Part shown: piece by piece, positions 36,214 through 49,822 of the stretch
Layout: every line of letters begins with the position of its first letter
Numbering within the stretch: the first letter of the stretch is position 1
NCBI GenBank assembly: GCA_002633005.1
Contig: NMRA01001141.1
Location: forward strand, 1 to 49,822
Length of the DNA stretch: 49,822 nucleotides
Direction: 5' to 3'
Origin: Phoronis australis
Lineage: Eukaryota; Animalia; Phoronida
Notes under the pieces: generated by a model
Databases searched by the model: none
Seen by the model: the letters and a program-made list of their open reading frames with translations, nothing else
What the model was told of the DNA's origin: nothing
Made by a program: the position numbers and the translations under genes

Positions 36214-36721
36214 NNNNNNNNNNNNNNNNNNNNNNNNNNNNNNNNNNNNNNNNNNNNNNNNNNNNNNNNNNNNNNNNNNNNNNNNNNNNNNNNNNNNNNN
36301 NNNNNNNNNNNNNNNNNNNNNNNNNNNNNNNNNNNNNNNNNNNNNNNNNNNNNNNNNNNNNNNNNNNNNNNNNNNNNNNNNNNNNNNNNNNNNNNNNNNN
36401 NNNNNNNNNNNNNNNNNNNNNNNNNNNNNNNNNNNNNNNNNNNNNNNNNNNNNNNNNNNNNNNNNNNNNNNNNNNNNNNNNNNNNNNNNNNNNNNNNNNN
36501 NNNNNNNNNNNNNNNNNNNNNNNNNNNNNNNNNNNNNNNNNNNNNNNNNNNNNNNNNNNNNNNNNNNNNNNNNNNNNNNNNNNNNNNNNNNNNNNNNNNN
36601 NNNNNNNNNNNNNNNNNNNNNNNNNNNNNNNNNNNNNNNNNNNNNNNNNNNNNNNNNNNNNNNNNNNNNNNNNNNNNNNNNNNNNNNNNNNNNNNNNNNN
36701 NNNNNNNNNNNNNNNNNNNNN
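36214..36721. other. Assembly gap (508 N)
   Basis: Run of N. Confidence 1.
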
Positions 36722-38392
36722 CATCTTGGAAAATGGCGGACGGTGTCACCACAGCCATGTAAAACCATTTCCAATGGATTTTTTGACCCACAAAACATAG
36801 GTAAACCTTTTTGAATTTTTACTCTAGCACATTCCACTCTTGAGTTATAGTGCGCATCAGAAAATCTGGCGGCCATTTTGTCCGCCATCTTGAAAAACCA
36901 ACTTCCGCCACTCCGATTCCGGTAGACTTTTTTTTTCCCACTAAGGGGTATGAAAGGATACGATTTATGCAATAAAACCTTCTGTTGCAATTTTTTCCGG
37001 GTTATCCGTAGAATGACTGGACTATAGAGTTTATCAGATCCTCGATCACCTCTGACGTCACTCACTATTAAGAAAACGTACCGACATCGACATTTTTGTC
37101 GAACGGAACACCCGAAAACGCTTTAATGGAATGAGAAATTGGGTATGCTACAAAAACCCATGAAACATCTCTTTTCTTCTTTTTAGTCGAACGTGAAATA
37201 GGGCTAACCCTCGTGGGGAATTACAATATTATATACACACAAAACGTACCGAGAGTGGCGTACATGAAGTAATACCCCATGAGACATTACTCCTGTATCG
37301 ACCGAGACAGTATTGCGTAAACTGTGATCCAACAGTTCCAACTGCTATTTTCAAATTGTTGAATTGGACCCCCTTTTAAAAAAACCTGGATCCGCCCTTG
37401 AACAACCTTTCCCGGAGTCTTTCAGCTTCTATACATCTGTTTGACAGTATTTCAGAAGGATTACAAAATTAATCCTTTTAATGGTATCATTAATATATTT
37501 TAGGAGTGCTGGGTGTGGCTAAATAGGACAATAAAACTTTTGTAATACTGAGACACCAAAGGTTTTGAAAAAAATTGAATTTTCACTCAATCCACGTAGT
37601 CCATGTTGTTGACAGCAGCACTGAACTATTTGATGGAATTGTTTGCGTAATAAGCAATTTTGTTAGTTTGGCTATTCATTATAATAGATAAAAATTGATT
37701 GATAAATCTAAAGCACTGAAGCTCAAAAAGTTAATTCATTTGAAAGAAAGAACGTGATTTTATGACTTCAATTTAGAAATTTGTGAAGTCGTGCGTTTGC
37801 GTGACATTCTCCCCCGGACCATTTTGTAATTACAACAGTTATTGTTTTCAGTTTCTATAGCAGGTATACCAACTTTAAGGACTAATGGTCTGCTAGAGTT
37901 TCCTTCTGTGTATATGGTTGTATCTTTCACTCAAATGGTTCACCGACTTCCAAAACCTAGGCGCAAATCAGCCGCCAAAAGAACAATCACCTGCCAGGTT
38001 TTTCCATTCACAATCTTGAGTTATTTATCAACCCTTAGAGTTAGGGGAAATGCCCCCACTGTCAATGGTTGTGAAGTTTTGACTATCGATTGAAATCATT
38101 ATGGTTACATAAACGCATGAGACATTCTTTGATCGGAAGTAGAGGGACCTACACAAAACACAAACTCAATCCTTCAGCATGTAAAAGGCTTTAGATTTAT
38201 ATTATTTGGCAATAAATCTTAATTACTGCATTTCTCTTTCAGGACAATCGAAGTACGTCAGAATCGTGGATTGGCAACCGTCAAGTGAAGAATTTCACTT
38301 ACATGTGAGATATTTGAACAGCTTTTAGTGGAATTCGGGGAAACTCTGACGGCGGTAAAATTCGGACGAGTCTAAATATAGTGTCAAATATA

Positions 38393-38475
38393 CACGGGCG
38401 GCGCACCGTAGGGGGATGGGGGGCTTTAGATGGAGGGCTGAAGCCCCCACTTTTTTCAGTGCTGCGCCGCCCATG
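38393..38475. mobile_element. Very short hAT-like MITE
   Basis: CACGGGCGGCGCA / TGCGCCGCCCATG termini, flanked by ATATA on both sides. Confidence 0.6.
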
Positions 38476-41400
38476 ATATAATAACAACAAAACTGCATTA
38501 CAACAAAATGAAAATATTATTTACTTCCGTGAACAATAGTGAGAATTTAACCACCGCCTCACTGGAATTACAACACAGTTTCAGAACATATGACGGTATA
38601 TCATCTCGTTGGCCCGATCCTCCCAAATTCAGTTCGAAACAAAAGTTGCAACAACTTTGTACTGCTTAACCTGATTTTGACAAATATCTTTTGTGCATTA
38701 TCTTTCCGAGGATTGAGAAATTTCCTTAAAAACGAAAAAATTGATTCGACTCTTACTCCAGAGACAAGACTTTGAAATATTCTTTGGTAGACGATAGAAC
38801 GGCGTAGTAGCTCTATCCCCCTGTTCGAGCAGCCGACTATTGTACAAAATTCACCACTACATTGTATACTGAGTAAATTCTTTGGAAAATTCAGCTACGC
38901 AATGTGTGTCTGCTTCAAAATCCCGAAATGTTTGTTCTCCGAGGCTCCGCAAACATGATGGCAGATGACCTAAATAATGACGTCATTCCATAACACCCTG
39001 GCTAAATCGAACGAAGCATAAGATAACCCAGACAGATGTTGCATAACTCAACGCGGGGCTTTGGCAACAGGAGAAAACTTGGTTGTGCTGGCTGCTATTC
39101 CGGTAGCGATACCAAATGCGAAACGAGAGGCTTGCCCCTCGGATGGATTTTTAAGCGGTTTAGCAGAGTCCTCCGGTTAAATTTTACGAGACAATCCCAG
39201 CAAGTAGGCCGCTGGATCGCCGGTGTTATCCTTTATCCCCGGCCGTGTAGAAATGATCGACAACCGCTTTTTTGTACAGTCTTCATTACAAAAATGTGCA
39301 ACACATGTTTCATTACACACGCGCACACTATCATGAATAGCTGAGAAATCTCATAAACAAACCTGTAGGCCAAGTATTAATGTCATGCGAGAATTTGAAA
39401 TCATACGTGAACTTGGAATCCTGTCTGACGTTCAACTTGCTATCTCAAGTTTTTACACGTGACCTCAAGATTGACAAGCATTTGCGACATCTAGTGTGTA
39501 AACTAAGAAAATGATCGCCGTGAGCCGAATGTCACTGGTGTACACAGCGTTTGTTATATTTCTGTTTTAATCATTTTCATTACCCGGTTTGTATCTTATT
39601 CTGGGCTTTCCAGTTAACAACTGCGATGTATCTATATTCTCTTGAAGTCTATCTCTGATTATTAAGGTTAGGCCGACTCAAATTTGCACTCAAAGCAATT
39701 TTGTAAAAAAAAACTGACATAGCAAACGATAGCACTGACGAAAACGAATCAAAATATAACCAAGTGTCAAAACGAATTTCATGTACCTACTTACCTATTA
39801 GAGGCTCTTGCTGTCATAATGATTGGTAAAAACCCTAATTTCAGTACCGGCCGCCCCCTGTCGAGCAAGGCTCGTGATAGTCGACAAAAGACGGATTGGC
39901 CAATAAAAACCAATGCAAAGCTGAAGGTTTGAAAGCTTTAACTTCGACAAAAATGCGTATTATTGAATTACCGAAAAATAAAATATAACATTTTGGTGCA
40001 ATACCATAGCACTATAGAAACAGCAAAAATACGTAGCAAATCCCGTATTGGTTGACAGTGTATTCATTCTCAACATGGCACAGCGCGCCGCAGCGCCTAA
40101 GCAGACTATCTGAACCCGTGGAACTGAGTAGTTGGCTAGCTTAAAAATCCACTGTGCCTTGCCGCGGGGCTACGTGTTAATTCATATCTATAAAACCACC
40201 CGCCATTTCTGTCCTCTCTGAGTATTCATAGGATCCACCTGCACGGCGGGCATGAAAAACATATTTTCTTTGACCAGCCTTCCCAAAAAGAATATACCAA
40301 ATATTCAAGGATTTTGTATAGAACTGAAGTCAGTAGAAAGTGAAACACTTTACAAGCCCTGAAAAGGCTTAACTAAATAGCACTACTTCAATTATGTGTA
40401 AACGGATGTTCAGAATACTTAGGCCTATTTTATTGGCAACGCAGTAACCAGTCTGAGAATGCTTGCTTCAATACATATTTTTTGAAAATTGAAAACAGAA
40501 TCATTCCAAGTTTTGGCTTGCTTGAATTTGAAATTGGGTAGAAATCATTCACGAATGTGGTCAAGAGAGTCTCTTCATAGGCGGATTTAGGGGGAGGACC
40601 AGGGGGCCCGCCCCCCCCCCCTTGGCTGCCGCAAAAAAAGTAAAACAGAAAGAGCGTGGGGAAATGTTAAGTTTATTAATTAACCCCGTTAATTAAAATT
40701 GTACGGATGAAACAAGATTTAAATGTTTGCAGTTTTAGTGTTGGGGAGGGGGACTATGGCTAAGTTTAGGCTCTCTCGCGATATCCCAGGCGACCGGCAG
40801 TGGCGCTGCTCACTACGACCAGAGACCGTAGAGAGGGAGACGTTTCACCTAGCGAAATCCTATTGGACGGCCACTGGCGGCCATTGTTGTTCCATGGACC
40901 GTAGAGACGTCTAGCGGGTGTGTGTGGGAAAAAAGGAATATGGTTGATACTCGTGGTCAGCGGTCACAGAGACAAGATATTTTATCTGATCATGTAGTTC
41001 ATATAGATTTCCCATAGTTAATACCTCTGAGGGTAGTGCTGTGTCAAGTAACTACAAAACAAGATATGCCGGCTGCAGTCCCTAAAAAGAGGATCAGAGG
41101 AGCTTTTTGCGCTGCAGAAAAACCGGGACTTGCACTCCCCACTGATAAAGACAGGTGAGATATACGAGTGATACAAAGAATTCTTTTTGTGAAAATGCTG
41201 CCTGTCAACCATTGATGCTGGCAGAGTGATTTGAACTTGTCTTACCTTTAAGTTTCAAGGTTTTATTTGATTACTCAAAGCAAAATTGTGGTAATCCGTT
41301 ACATATGGCCGGGATGATGGGTACTAGTACTTGATTTTAGAGCCAGTTACTGAGTTACTCCCAATGAATTACGCCCGTTATTCAGTAGTAGTAACTGGTT

Positions 41401-41646
41401 CTCAAATGAATTTTGAGTGTGGGACCCACCTATCAAACTATAACCGAAATTGTCCTGCATGTGTTTCATTACTTAGGGCCTACTGATAACTTGTGTTTCT
41501 ATTCTATGATTGGCTCTAAACTGTAATTTCTTTCACTTCTTCAATTCACTTCAGTGTTTATACATTCAGATCCAAGAGATAGGTGATAAACAGCAAGTGT
41601 GAGGACCTGCTAAGGAGAAATGCTGTGATGTTAACTTGTTCCAGTA

Positions 41647-41792
41647 CAGTGCTGTAGAGGTAAAATTAGAGGTAAGTAGGTGCCTAAAGCCCACCGTATC
41701 ACATTGAGCACTGAACGTAACTTACGGTGCGTAGGCGCTACTTTCAAATGTCAAAAGGTGGTTGGCTGCGCCTACGCCCCACTATAGCACTG
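41647..41792. mobile_element. hAT-type MITE
   Basis: CAGTGCT...AGCACTG; 8-bp TSD TTCCAGTA/GTCCAGTA; reverse-complement copy of 15864-16015. Confidence 0.85.
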
Positions 41793-42202
41793 GTCCAGTA
41801 GATTAGTATGGGTTTAGTTAGGTCTTTACTGTGATGGGCATTCATTGTACTTTGAAGGACCTATAGTCCGAAGGGTCATTACTTGAAAAATATATCAATC
41901 AGGTGTTATTCCAAAGCAACATTACTCCGAAGGGTTATCACTTAGCTGCAATAATGGGAAAGAGTGAGTGACGCTGCATTATAGAGAATATTGCTGATGC
42001 CACATATTTTTCCTGCATGTTGTATTTGTTATAATATAAATGATATTTTTCCAGCCAATAGATCACAGCTACGCCACGAGTGAGCCCAGTGAAACACCCC
42101 CATCTGCTGAGCACCATTCAGTGCTGCTTTAGTAAAGCTCTTAGGTGAGGTAATAGGACATAATTGATAATGACCATAATTTCATCCTCCATGACTGATG
42201 GT

Positions 42203-42350
42203 TTTGTTATACCTATTGTATTGCTACCTGAAGCTCACCTCTCTACTTACTATAGTTATAAAAAAGCGGACTATGTTGTTATATCTATTGTATTGCTACT
42301 TGAAGCTAACCTGTCTACTTACTATAGTTATAAAAAAGCGGACTCTGTTG
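42203..42350. repeat. ~72-bp tandem duplication
   Basis: CTATTGTATTGCTAC..TGAAGCT..TCTACTTACTATAGTTATAAAAAAGCGGACT present twice. Confidence 0.85.
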
Positions 42351-44260
42351 TTTTTGATTTCATGACTTGGATGTATACTTTTCTTGATCTGAAATGGTAT
42401 TTCAAATATTTGTTTGGTTTAACACACTTGGGATTTTTAAAGCCCTTTGATTAAAAAATATGCTGAAAATCAGAGGATGAGTCTTAAGCCAGGCTGTTTG
42501 TTAAAAATCTGGGTGTGGACAAGTAGACAGTTGTAGGTAGTTAACATGTGTAGATACCTTAAATGTATTTTTGTATTCATTCATTTCAGAAAGTTGTTGA
42601 CTTGCATGAGAAAGTAAGTCAAGTGGGGATGCCGAAAAGTCTGCACCCAGTGGTCCCTATTGTGGCCGTGACTGTAGAGGGAATTGTCAGTGGTGCTGTT
42701 GGATTACGCATGGCGCCATTAACTTCAGCATCTTTGGTGCTACTATCAGAGACCCTAGATAGGGAGACAGTCCACCTAGCGAAATCCCATCGGATGGCCA
42801 CTGGTGGACATTGTTGTTTCATGGACTGTAGACACGTCTAGCGAGTGTGCGTGCAATAAACAAATGTGGCAAGATATCAGGGCTCCCGTCAGTAAAAAAA
42901 GCAATGGTGCTTTTTGCACTGCCTACGGCTGCAGCAACAGTTAATTGAAAATTCGTGACTCATGCTTTTTTGCTTCCTCAATGATTAAGATAGGTGATGT
43001 TCATGATTGAAACAGAGGATATTTCTGCGTGAATCTCTTGCCAGTCATTCAGTGATGGACTGGGTGTCTTTACTGTTTCCTGCATTTGATTGCTGATATA
43101 GAAAATTGTCGTAAATTGTTTGCATGATTTTGGAAACTACTGATTAGTTTATTCTATGCCCATTGATGCTTCTAATTACTTTTTTCATTTTGTTCTGCAG
43201 TCTTAATACATTCAGATCTAAAAGATAATTATATTTACTATTATTTACTAATTTTATTATTGTTTTTTTATCATATATTTGTTATTCTTGATTATTTATT
43301 ATTGTTTATTTGCTATTACTTATTTAAATTATTTCTTGTGATCCCATACAGTCAACATCCTGGCTGTCGTTGATCAATTATCTGTATAATATGATCATGA
43401 TATGTACTTCAGTGCATAATAACTATTATGTTTATGGTTTGGTAACCTACTTGATTATTTGCCATAGGAAGTGGTGAAGGAAGTGTTCTTTTAAAGGCAC
43501 ATTTAGCCATACATCTGTGGACACTTCGGTGGTATGTGTATTACCTTGGAAACTTGTTAAACTTCAGTGACGATGTTGTTTGTTTAGATTTTTGTTTTGA
43601 CATGGGTTTTAAAACATCAAGTCAAGAAATAAGGCGTCGTTATGTTATTTACTATGAAGTTGGCCTGCCAACGCAGGCTGAATATGCCTTTAACTAACTG
43701 CTGATAGTTGATTTAAAAATGTGAGTGATTTATGAGAGCTGGAAAGCATAGTAAAAAATATCCAAAATGGATTGCATATTCAATAGGCATCTTGGCTGTT
43801 TTATGGGGGCATACAAGGCAGGTTTACTGGACTTCAGGCAGGAATTCCATCTCTTGCAGGTTTGGAACCCGTACCCCTCTTGCCTCCAGTTTCATTCACC
43901 ACAACCCACCCCAATGCGCTACCCATTTCAGATACCATCGGGCACGGATGCTTGGGGTCCAGTGAATCAGTCCCAAGTAGCGACTCCACTGTTGCCTAAA
44001 ACTACTACGTTTTTGGGAGTTTTCTACGTTGAATTCTCAATGATTGAAAATAAGTAGGGATCTTTTCATGCAATGCACCTAATTTAAGGACTAAGTCCCT
44101 AAATGTTTTGACTGAATTAAGAGCTCAGTTTTTAGTTATATTATTATAAAACATCATAAGTCAAAAGAGGAGTTCATAATAAAGATAAAATGATAGAAAA
44201 ATATAAAAACTGTGAGTAAAGAACAAAAAAATGCCTAAAAGATTTACCAACTCAGTTGAG

Positions 44261-44421
44261 TACAGGCAGATCCAGGGTGGCAGGTTAAAGGGGTCTGGAC
44301 CCCCCATTTTCCTTGATTGTAGTGATATCAATGCTAGAATTTTCAAATTGTTGACTTGGGCCACCTTTCTTAAAAAATCATTATCCGACCCCCCCTTTAA
44401 AAAATCCTGGATATGACCCTG
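44261..44421. mobile_element. hAT-like MITE of the GGCGGATCCAG type (related ends at ~37365-37400 and ~49767)
   Basis: CAGGCAGATCCAGG / CCTGGATATGACCCTG termini; GACCCCCCCTTTAAAAAATCCTGG shared with 37367-37400. Confidence 0.55.
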
Positions 44422-46409
44422 TTGGGTCGATATTTGGGACAGTTTCATGTAAATGGGCACAGACACAACTGCTTGAATCTAGAACGTCTTTAAGATGTGA
44501 ATTTTCGAAAGAAAGATCTACTAATTTCTCCATTTTATTTTAAAACAAAGTTTGTGTGCTAAAAGCTTACATAATTAATTGTTAATTAATTGATATTAAC
44601 ACCTGGAATATTGGGGGAAGAAAGCTATCTCTGCCCCCAACCTTTCAATTGGTTGAGGGGCAGCCCCCACTCCTATCTCTTCTTCAGCAGATCCATTTGA
44701 TGTTTATTACATTCCTGACCCCCCTGGACAAAATCCTACAGGTTCGGTACCTGCACATTCTCCAATAACCTACTTTCATCAGCTCAGCTCTTATTACTGA
44801 GTCTCCCTCTTGCTTATGATTTATTTCTCGTAATTTATATTACCTTTGCTGCCCAAATTTTTTCTTGGTTTACTCTATATTTTGCCTATGTGTATTTTTC
44901 CATTACAGTGCTCGTGTTTTTTGTTTTCAATATTTTAAACAAAGACACTTCACTGACAATTTTGAATTTGGCAAACTAAGATCGGCCATAGTGAATGCCT
45001 TGCGTACTTCGTTGGCCCACACACACCCGCTAGGTGTCGCCACGGTCCATGACACAATAATGGCGGCGGCCTTGGTGAATAGTCTTGTTAGCGTCTTTGC
45101 TACGACTCCGTTTCCACCGTCTGCTCCACTGTGCAATGAAGAAAATTACTTCATTTTTTAAAGAAAATGGAACCTGTTTGACAATAAAAAACAGAAGCTG
45201 ATGGTAAGATGTTAATTTTAATCGAAGCCTTAGTGAATCACTCAGAAACTCATAATTCTCTCTTTGCCAAACCTTAACTTAAGACGATTTCCAAAGTAAT
45301 CCCGTCATTATTGCCAACACGAAAAACGGATTTGGTCTTTTGGGCAATTGAAGACTATTTTAAATACAACACATTGGTTACGAACCGATTGCACAAAATA
45401 TAAAACGTGTAATAAGCATTACAAAAAGAAGTAGGTTTCGCGCGCAAACGCTGTCGACCATAAACAAGTAGGTCTCTTAGTATCAAATAAGGAGTTAAGG
45501 CGTGGTGGTGTAGTAGTAAAGCACGCACGATGTATCCGCCAGGTCGTGAGTTCGAGCCTGTGGTATATACAGTTTTCGCTGTTTGACATGTTCTCGTTTT
45601 TTTGCCTTTATTCTTGGATAATAATTCAGGAATCAAGGAAAATGCTTGATTTTTAGAGGAAAAAACAGAAAAATTTCCTGGGCGGGAGGGGGGTGCAGTC
45701 GTGTCGTAACACATTCCATGTCATGTGAGAAAATGGAGAATGACTAGAGCTGTGATTGGTTGTCCCGATTTTACATAGTATGTTTAGACCAGTATAAATG
45801 CTGGTAATTTGAGATCAGCTGATTAATATTTCGGCAGATAGTGTTTGGAGGTGTTCTAACTTCACAGCTGATCGACTACTGGAGTTGTTTTTTTTTGATA
45901 TCTTCTTCTTTTTCTCGTTTGCCAAATGGTCAAATTATATTGACCATCATGATGACGTATGTGCGTTGCACTGCCGTTACGCACCACAGGTGCCCAGTGT
46001 ATCCGTTGTTTTTTTTATCCAAGCTTCCCTCTCGTAGGGAATCTGCCTCCCGTTGCTTAGGAGCATCCTCTGTCCCTGGTTTTAAATCAGAGTTTTCCTT
46101 TTTCTAGACAAACTGCCTTCCAAAGCTAACGAGCTCCATCTACCCGGCTATGGAATCAGACTTTTCCATTCTCCTAGGTTGAGTTGGTTCACGGCACCTT
46201 ATTCCGTAATATTCGGTACAACCCCCTTCTGGAAACTTAGGCTTCCCCAATCCACCACCCAGGGGACGCGCCTCCAGGCCATACAACCACAGCGCTAGGG
46301 TGTTTTTGATATTAAATTGGTGACTTTACGCACTTTAAATTCTTATATTTATTATTAACGCTATTAAGAATTAATTTACGCACGTAACCTAAATGCGTAA
46401 CCTTCATCC

Positions 46410-49075
46410 GTTTGGCCATCGATAAATTTTCACCTTTAAATTTTAATTTAAAACTTATTTTACGCTATTAACAATAATTAATTTACGCTCGCAATTTACG
46501 TGCGCAACGTTCAATCATTTGGCCCCGCGATAGCTAATTCGAAGACGGCGACGTTATCTCTGCTCTGGTGACGGTTAGCTGTTAGTCATACTGACGTTAA
46601 TAATGCTAATCGTGATTGCGACTAATCTGAAAAAAAATTATTTCGAGAATTCTTATTGTTTTAAAGATCTGAACCCGTGTTTTGATTTAACACCTATTGT
46701 TGTACAATTGGTCTTAAAGATGTATTTGGATGCTTCTGACTATGCTAATATATAGCATGAACATCAACTTGTAATGTGAAAGCAAAAAAATCTACAGATA
46801 GGTGACCTTTGCACTAATGACTTTCCTTGGGGCTCACATAGCCCGCACCATGCATTTTTTTGAAATCTTTTTATATTTTGCTCTAGCATGATAATTACAT
46901 GTCACATAAAACAATACAGTATACATCGTTGACAAAGAATAACATTAAAACATTAGTCAACAAGTCACCATGCAGTGTTATTTCCCAACACAACGTTATG
47001 ATACTTACTATACACTGTTAAGTGGTTCACGGCGGATCATTTTTGACGCGAAAATTGATCTTAAAGGAGAAAGCCATCCGATTTAATTAGTCTTTTTTGC
47101 CGTCTTAATCGGTCTATATCCACATCGCCTTGCATGCGGTCGACCTTACCTTGCCGAGAGGTGTCGCGTTAACCTGTGAAGAAGGTGAGAAACGACGCAG
47201 CGACGTCAGTGGTTCATTTGCAGAGTTAATGCCGCTATGTTGCGGTGCATCGTTCCCGCTTTTCCGAACAATGCAACTGCGAGGAAAGCAGGTATATCGT
47301 TTTTTCGACTTCCTCGAGAGTCCGAAATGCTTAGGAAGTGGCTCGCGGTAGTGAAGAATTAAAAGTACGCTGTAAATAGCAAGTATGAGGCCGTGAAACA
47401 TCTTCGTGTCTGTGGCCTGCAGTCGTGGCGGAACAGTGCCTGACGAATGCCGGCTTACCAAATAACTATCCATACGTTCCGTTGTCTGAGCTTGTTCACG
47501 GCGCCTCTCTAGTATTATTTCATCACTGTATTCCTGTTCGAACTGATAGCCTGTGAAACTTAACGATCCACCTGCGAAGTCTTCGTTGGGATGAGCTCGT
47601 CTAAGGGCGGGATTGCGAGTTGCCGTCTGGTGTTGACGTTTAGTACTGAGCGTTCTGTTTCAAAATGAATTATTCTCATCCTTATACCAATACTTATATG
47701 AAACTGAAACAAAGTCTGTCTCATTAGATACAATTTGGAACGTCTTTGGAGTGTTCGTGAGTGCAAATGATTTGAGAAGCCAGCAATGAATAAATCACTG
47801 CGTTAACGGCTTTATGTGTAATAAAACTAATTGACGGGACACCGAGGCCGTGCCGAGCTCATGCTAATTCAGTGTTTGCTGACAGAAACTGTTGTGAAAC
47901 AACTCGATTTCTATCCCACGGCCAGGTGTTAGGGGAATCTTTATTTACATTATTTTACATTATTCAAATAATGATTGTCAATGTACCCGTGACGGTTCTG
48001 TGGCCAAAGCGGAACCTGACTTCGCGACCCCCGACGAGTAAGTAGATTTGCAGGTTCGTGGCTAATTCACCTACTAATGACGTGCACTTTACTTCTTTGG
48101 CTCACTAGTATTTCTTGACTGGAAGTTTAGTTTCCAACTTTGGATGATTTATGTCCGTGATGTCTGACGGATCGGCTTCCGAGCCACTGGCCGGGATAAC
48201 GAGTCAGTCCCGCCGGCCGCGACGGGCCTGATCAGACTCCGAGCCACTGGCCAGGATAACAATCGTTTTGTGTGTTTAGAACTCAAATAATAACAAGTCT
48301 AAACAACACAGATCTAGGTTCTCCTGCCAGTGTCTGTATCTCAAGGAAAATTCTTAGAATTTATCTCCGAACAGACCCCAAACTCCTGCTACGGACCTTA
48401 TTAGCCTGCCGAACTTTGTAGTCTATGGTGTGTCCAAACACCAATAAATCCGTAAGAGCGAAATAAAACAACACGTTTTTATAAGAACTCGGTGTATTTT
48501 TAAGGGTTTTACATCGAAGTTTGACGATTCATTGGTGTTAAACGATTAATTCAAGCAATAAGCTGACACCAGTAACCCGTGTTGTGAATGAACTGCTGAA
48601 CAGACTGCGTGTGAAACCAATGACGTCATTGAACAATTTCAACACCTCCGTCTGCCGTCAGGTGTCAGGTAACGCAACTGTACGTGCCCTTATGGAGTAG
48701 AACTACTCGATCTAAATTGATATAAATCAGGTTGTTTTTTGGGTGGCATGCTCGTTTAAAAACATGTGGTAATGTTGAACCTACTTCATGTTCACATTTA
48801 GTTATGTGTTGTGTTTCTAACTAATTTGACCAAACAATCACAGAGATAAGGAATTAGCGTGGAGGATCCACTCAAAGTTCCCTTACGCCTTAGTCACAGT
48901 ATCGAGCAATACTTGGTCGATCCAGCTGATCGAGAGCTCTATCCCTCATGCCGAGTAACACGATGATCCGGCAATCTTTCATCGGTTCGCCAAAGCCTGG
49001 CAAGTGTTGACGGTGACCTGATAACCCCCTTTACATCAGCAAACTCAATGGATCGGCGTTATGACTTTTGTGTAA
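46410..49075 (+). repeat. Interspersed repeat, copy 2 of 12564-13400, interrupted by an insertion
   Basis: Colinear similarity on both sides of 47061-48759. Confidence 0.75.
47065..48755. mobile_element. Old Kolobok-like non-autonomous insertion
   Basis: TTAA|AGGAGAAAGCC ... GGCATGCTCGT|TTAA; absent from the paralogous site at ~13095. Confidence 0.62.
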
Positions 49076-49822
49076 TTGACCTATCGCAAGCTCCGCCCCT
49101 ATGCGAGAAGTCACGTGATACCCGACATTCGAACGAGATGTCAGAGGCAAATACACTGTCGCTAAACGACGTTCCTGGTGGAATCGATGAGTGTTTTTGC
49201 ACTATTTAAAAACGCTCCGACAGAGACAAGAGGCGATGCTTTTCAACAGAGAATCGTACGTTCATGATATGGGAATTTGTAAAGGTGACGATGAAAAAAT
49301 GGCTCGAGGAGCCAGAGAAAATCCCCTCTGCCTCGGGGCCACCTTCACGGCTCACCTGACAAATGACAAGGCCTCTGATACGATATGTTCATGTAAAGCT
49401 GGATATGTACCTTAAAGTCGAATTATCTGTACGATTCAATAGATTTCATGATCTTTGGAATAAAATCAGTGAAGATTCACCGATATTTTTATTCTGTCGT
49501 CTGCTAAATTTCGCCAAATAAAAAGTAGGTCACAACTGGTGGGACTCCTGGAGTGAAGTAGGTCATAGATTACAGACAATACATGAACTATAGTCTCTGA
49601 CTAGGTCGACTCGACAGCACTGTTTACGCTTTTCTAATCTTGTAAGGAAATATTTTGATAAAAAAATTCAGGTTCATAGCTCATGTACACATTCATCTCG
49701 TGCAAACAGTTTGCTCCGGCCGGGTAGGTCTAGGGTTGCGTCTAAGTCAAGTTAATGTTTGGAACTCAGTGGCGGATCTAGGATACCACAAGGGGGGTCC
49801 AACATGTTGCCTCGTGGAATTG

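Larger units (their letters stand above)
33327..37024 (+). mobile_element. Academ-type DNA transposon, degenerate
   Basis: TIR TAGTCCAGTCATTCTA / TAGAATGACTGGACTA extending ~160 bp imperfectly. 3-bp TSD TAG (33324-33326 / 37025-37027). Repeated AAAATGGC(G/C)G motifs. Confidence 0.8.
40820..45099 (+). mobile_element. Non-autonomous P-like element (composite, with a second left end at ~42747)
   Basis: 7-bp TSD CTACGAC (40813-40819 / 45100-45106); termini CAGAGAC / GTCTTTG; subterminal inverted repeat 40877-40928 / 45015-45070; THAP exon-1 remnants GAFCAA..DKDR|gt (~41100-41155) and GAFCTAYGCSNS (~42905-42995). Confidence 0.75.
40577..45690 (+). mobile_element. Second copy of the 32319-33235 element, split by a 4.3-kb insertion
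   Basis: 40577-40819 and 45100-45690 join to reproduce the 32.3-33.1 kb sequence. Confidence 0.78.

Noticed and set aside
35949-37065. Long ORFs of 198-350 aa in the ORF track
   Set aside because: Artefacts of reading through the N gap; only 35949-36213 carries real transposase similarity.
48404-48490. THAP start remnant (PNFVVYG/CPNTNKS) in the Kolobok-like insertion
   Set aside because: Needs a frameshift and a Cys substitution; too degenerate to call.

Overview
Repeat-rich genomic DNA from an invertebrate metazoan (spliceosomal introns; one 508-nt assembly gap). Host genes: a complete 6-coding-exon AIMP1/p43 (EMAP-II precursor) gene on + (6515-12147); a previously unannotated minus-strand spliced gene (about 16910-14819) whose predicted product is a secreted cystine-knot protein of Spaetzle/neurotrophin-like pattern with a Thr-rich pro-region; and a ZIP1/ZIP3-type (SLC39A) zinc transporter that breaks off in TM5 (31710-30880). 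Most of the rest is transposon. The most notable element is a 514-bp TRIM-type non-autonomous LTR element (3569-4082) whose two LTRs each contain a tRNA-like Pol III cassette (Helenus-like, the tRNA counterpart of Cassandra). There is also a triple nest of Gypsy inside a P-like element inside a Kolobok (16996-25194), an Academ-type element with a nested MITE (33327-37024), a second P-like element splitting a hAT-like repeat whose empty-site copy lies in the same window, and many MITEs. All calls were made by eye, without database searches.
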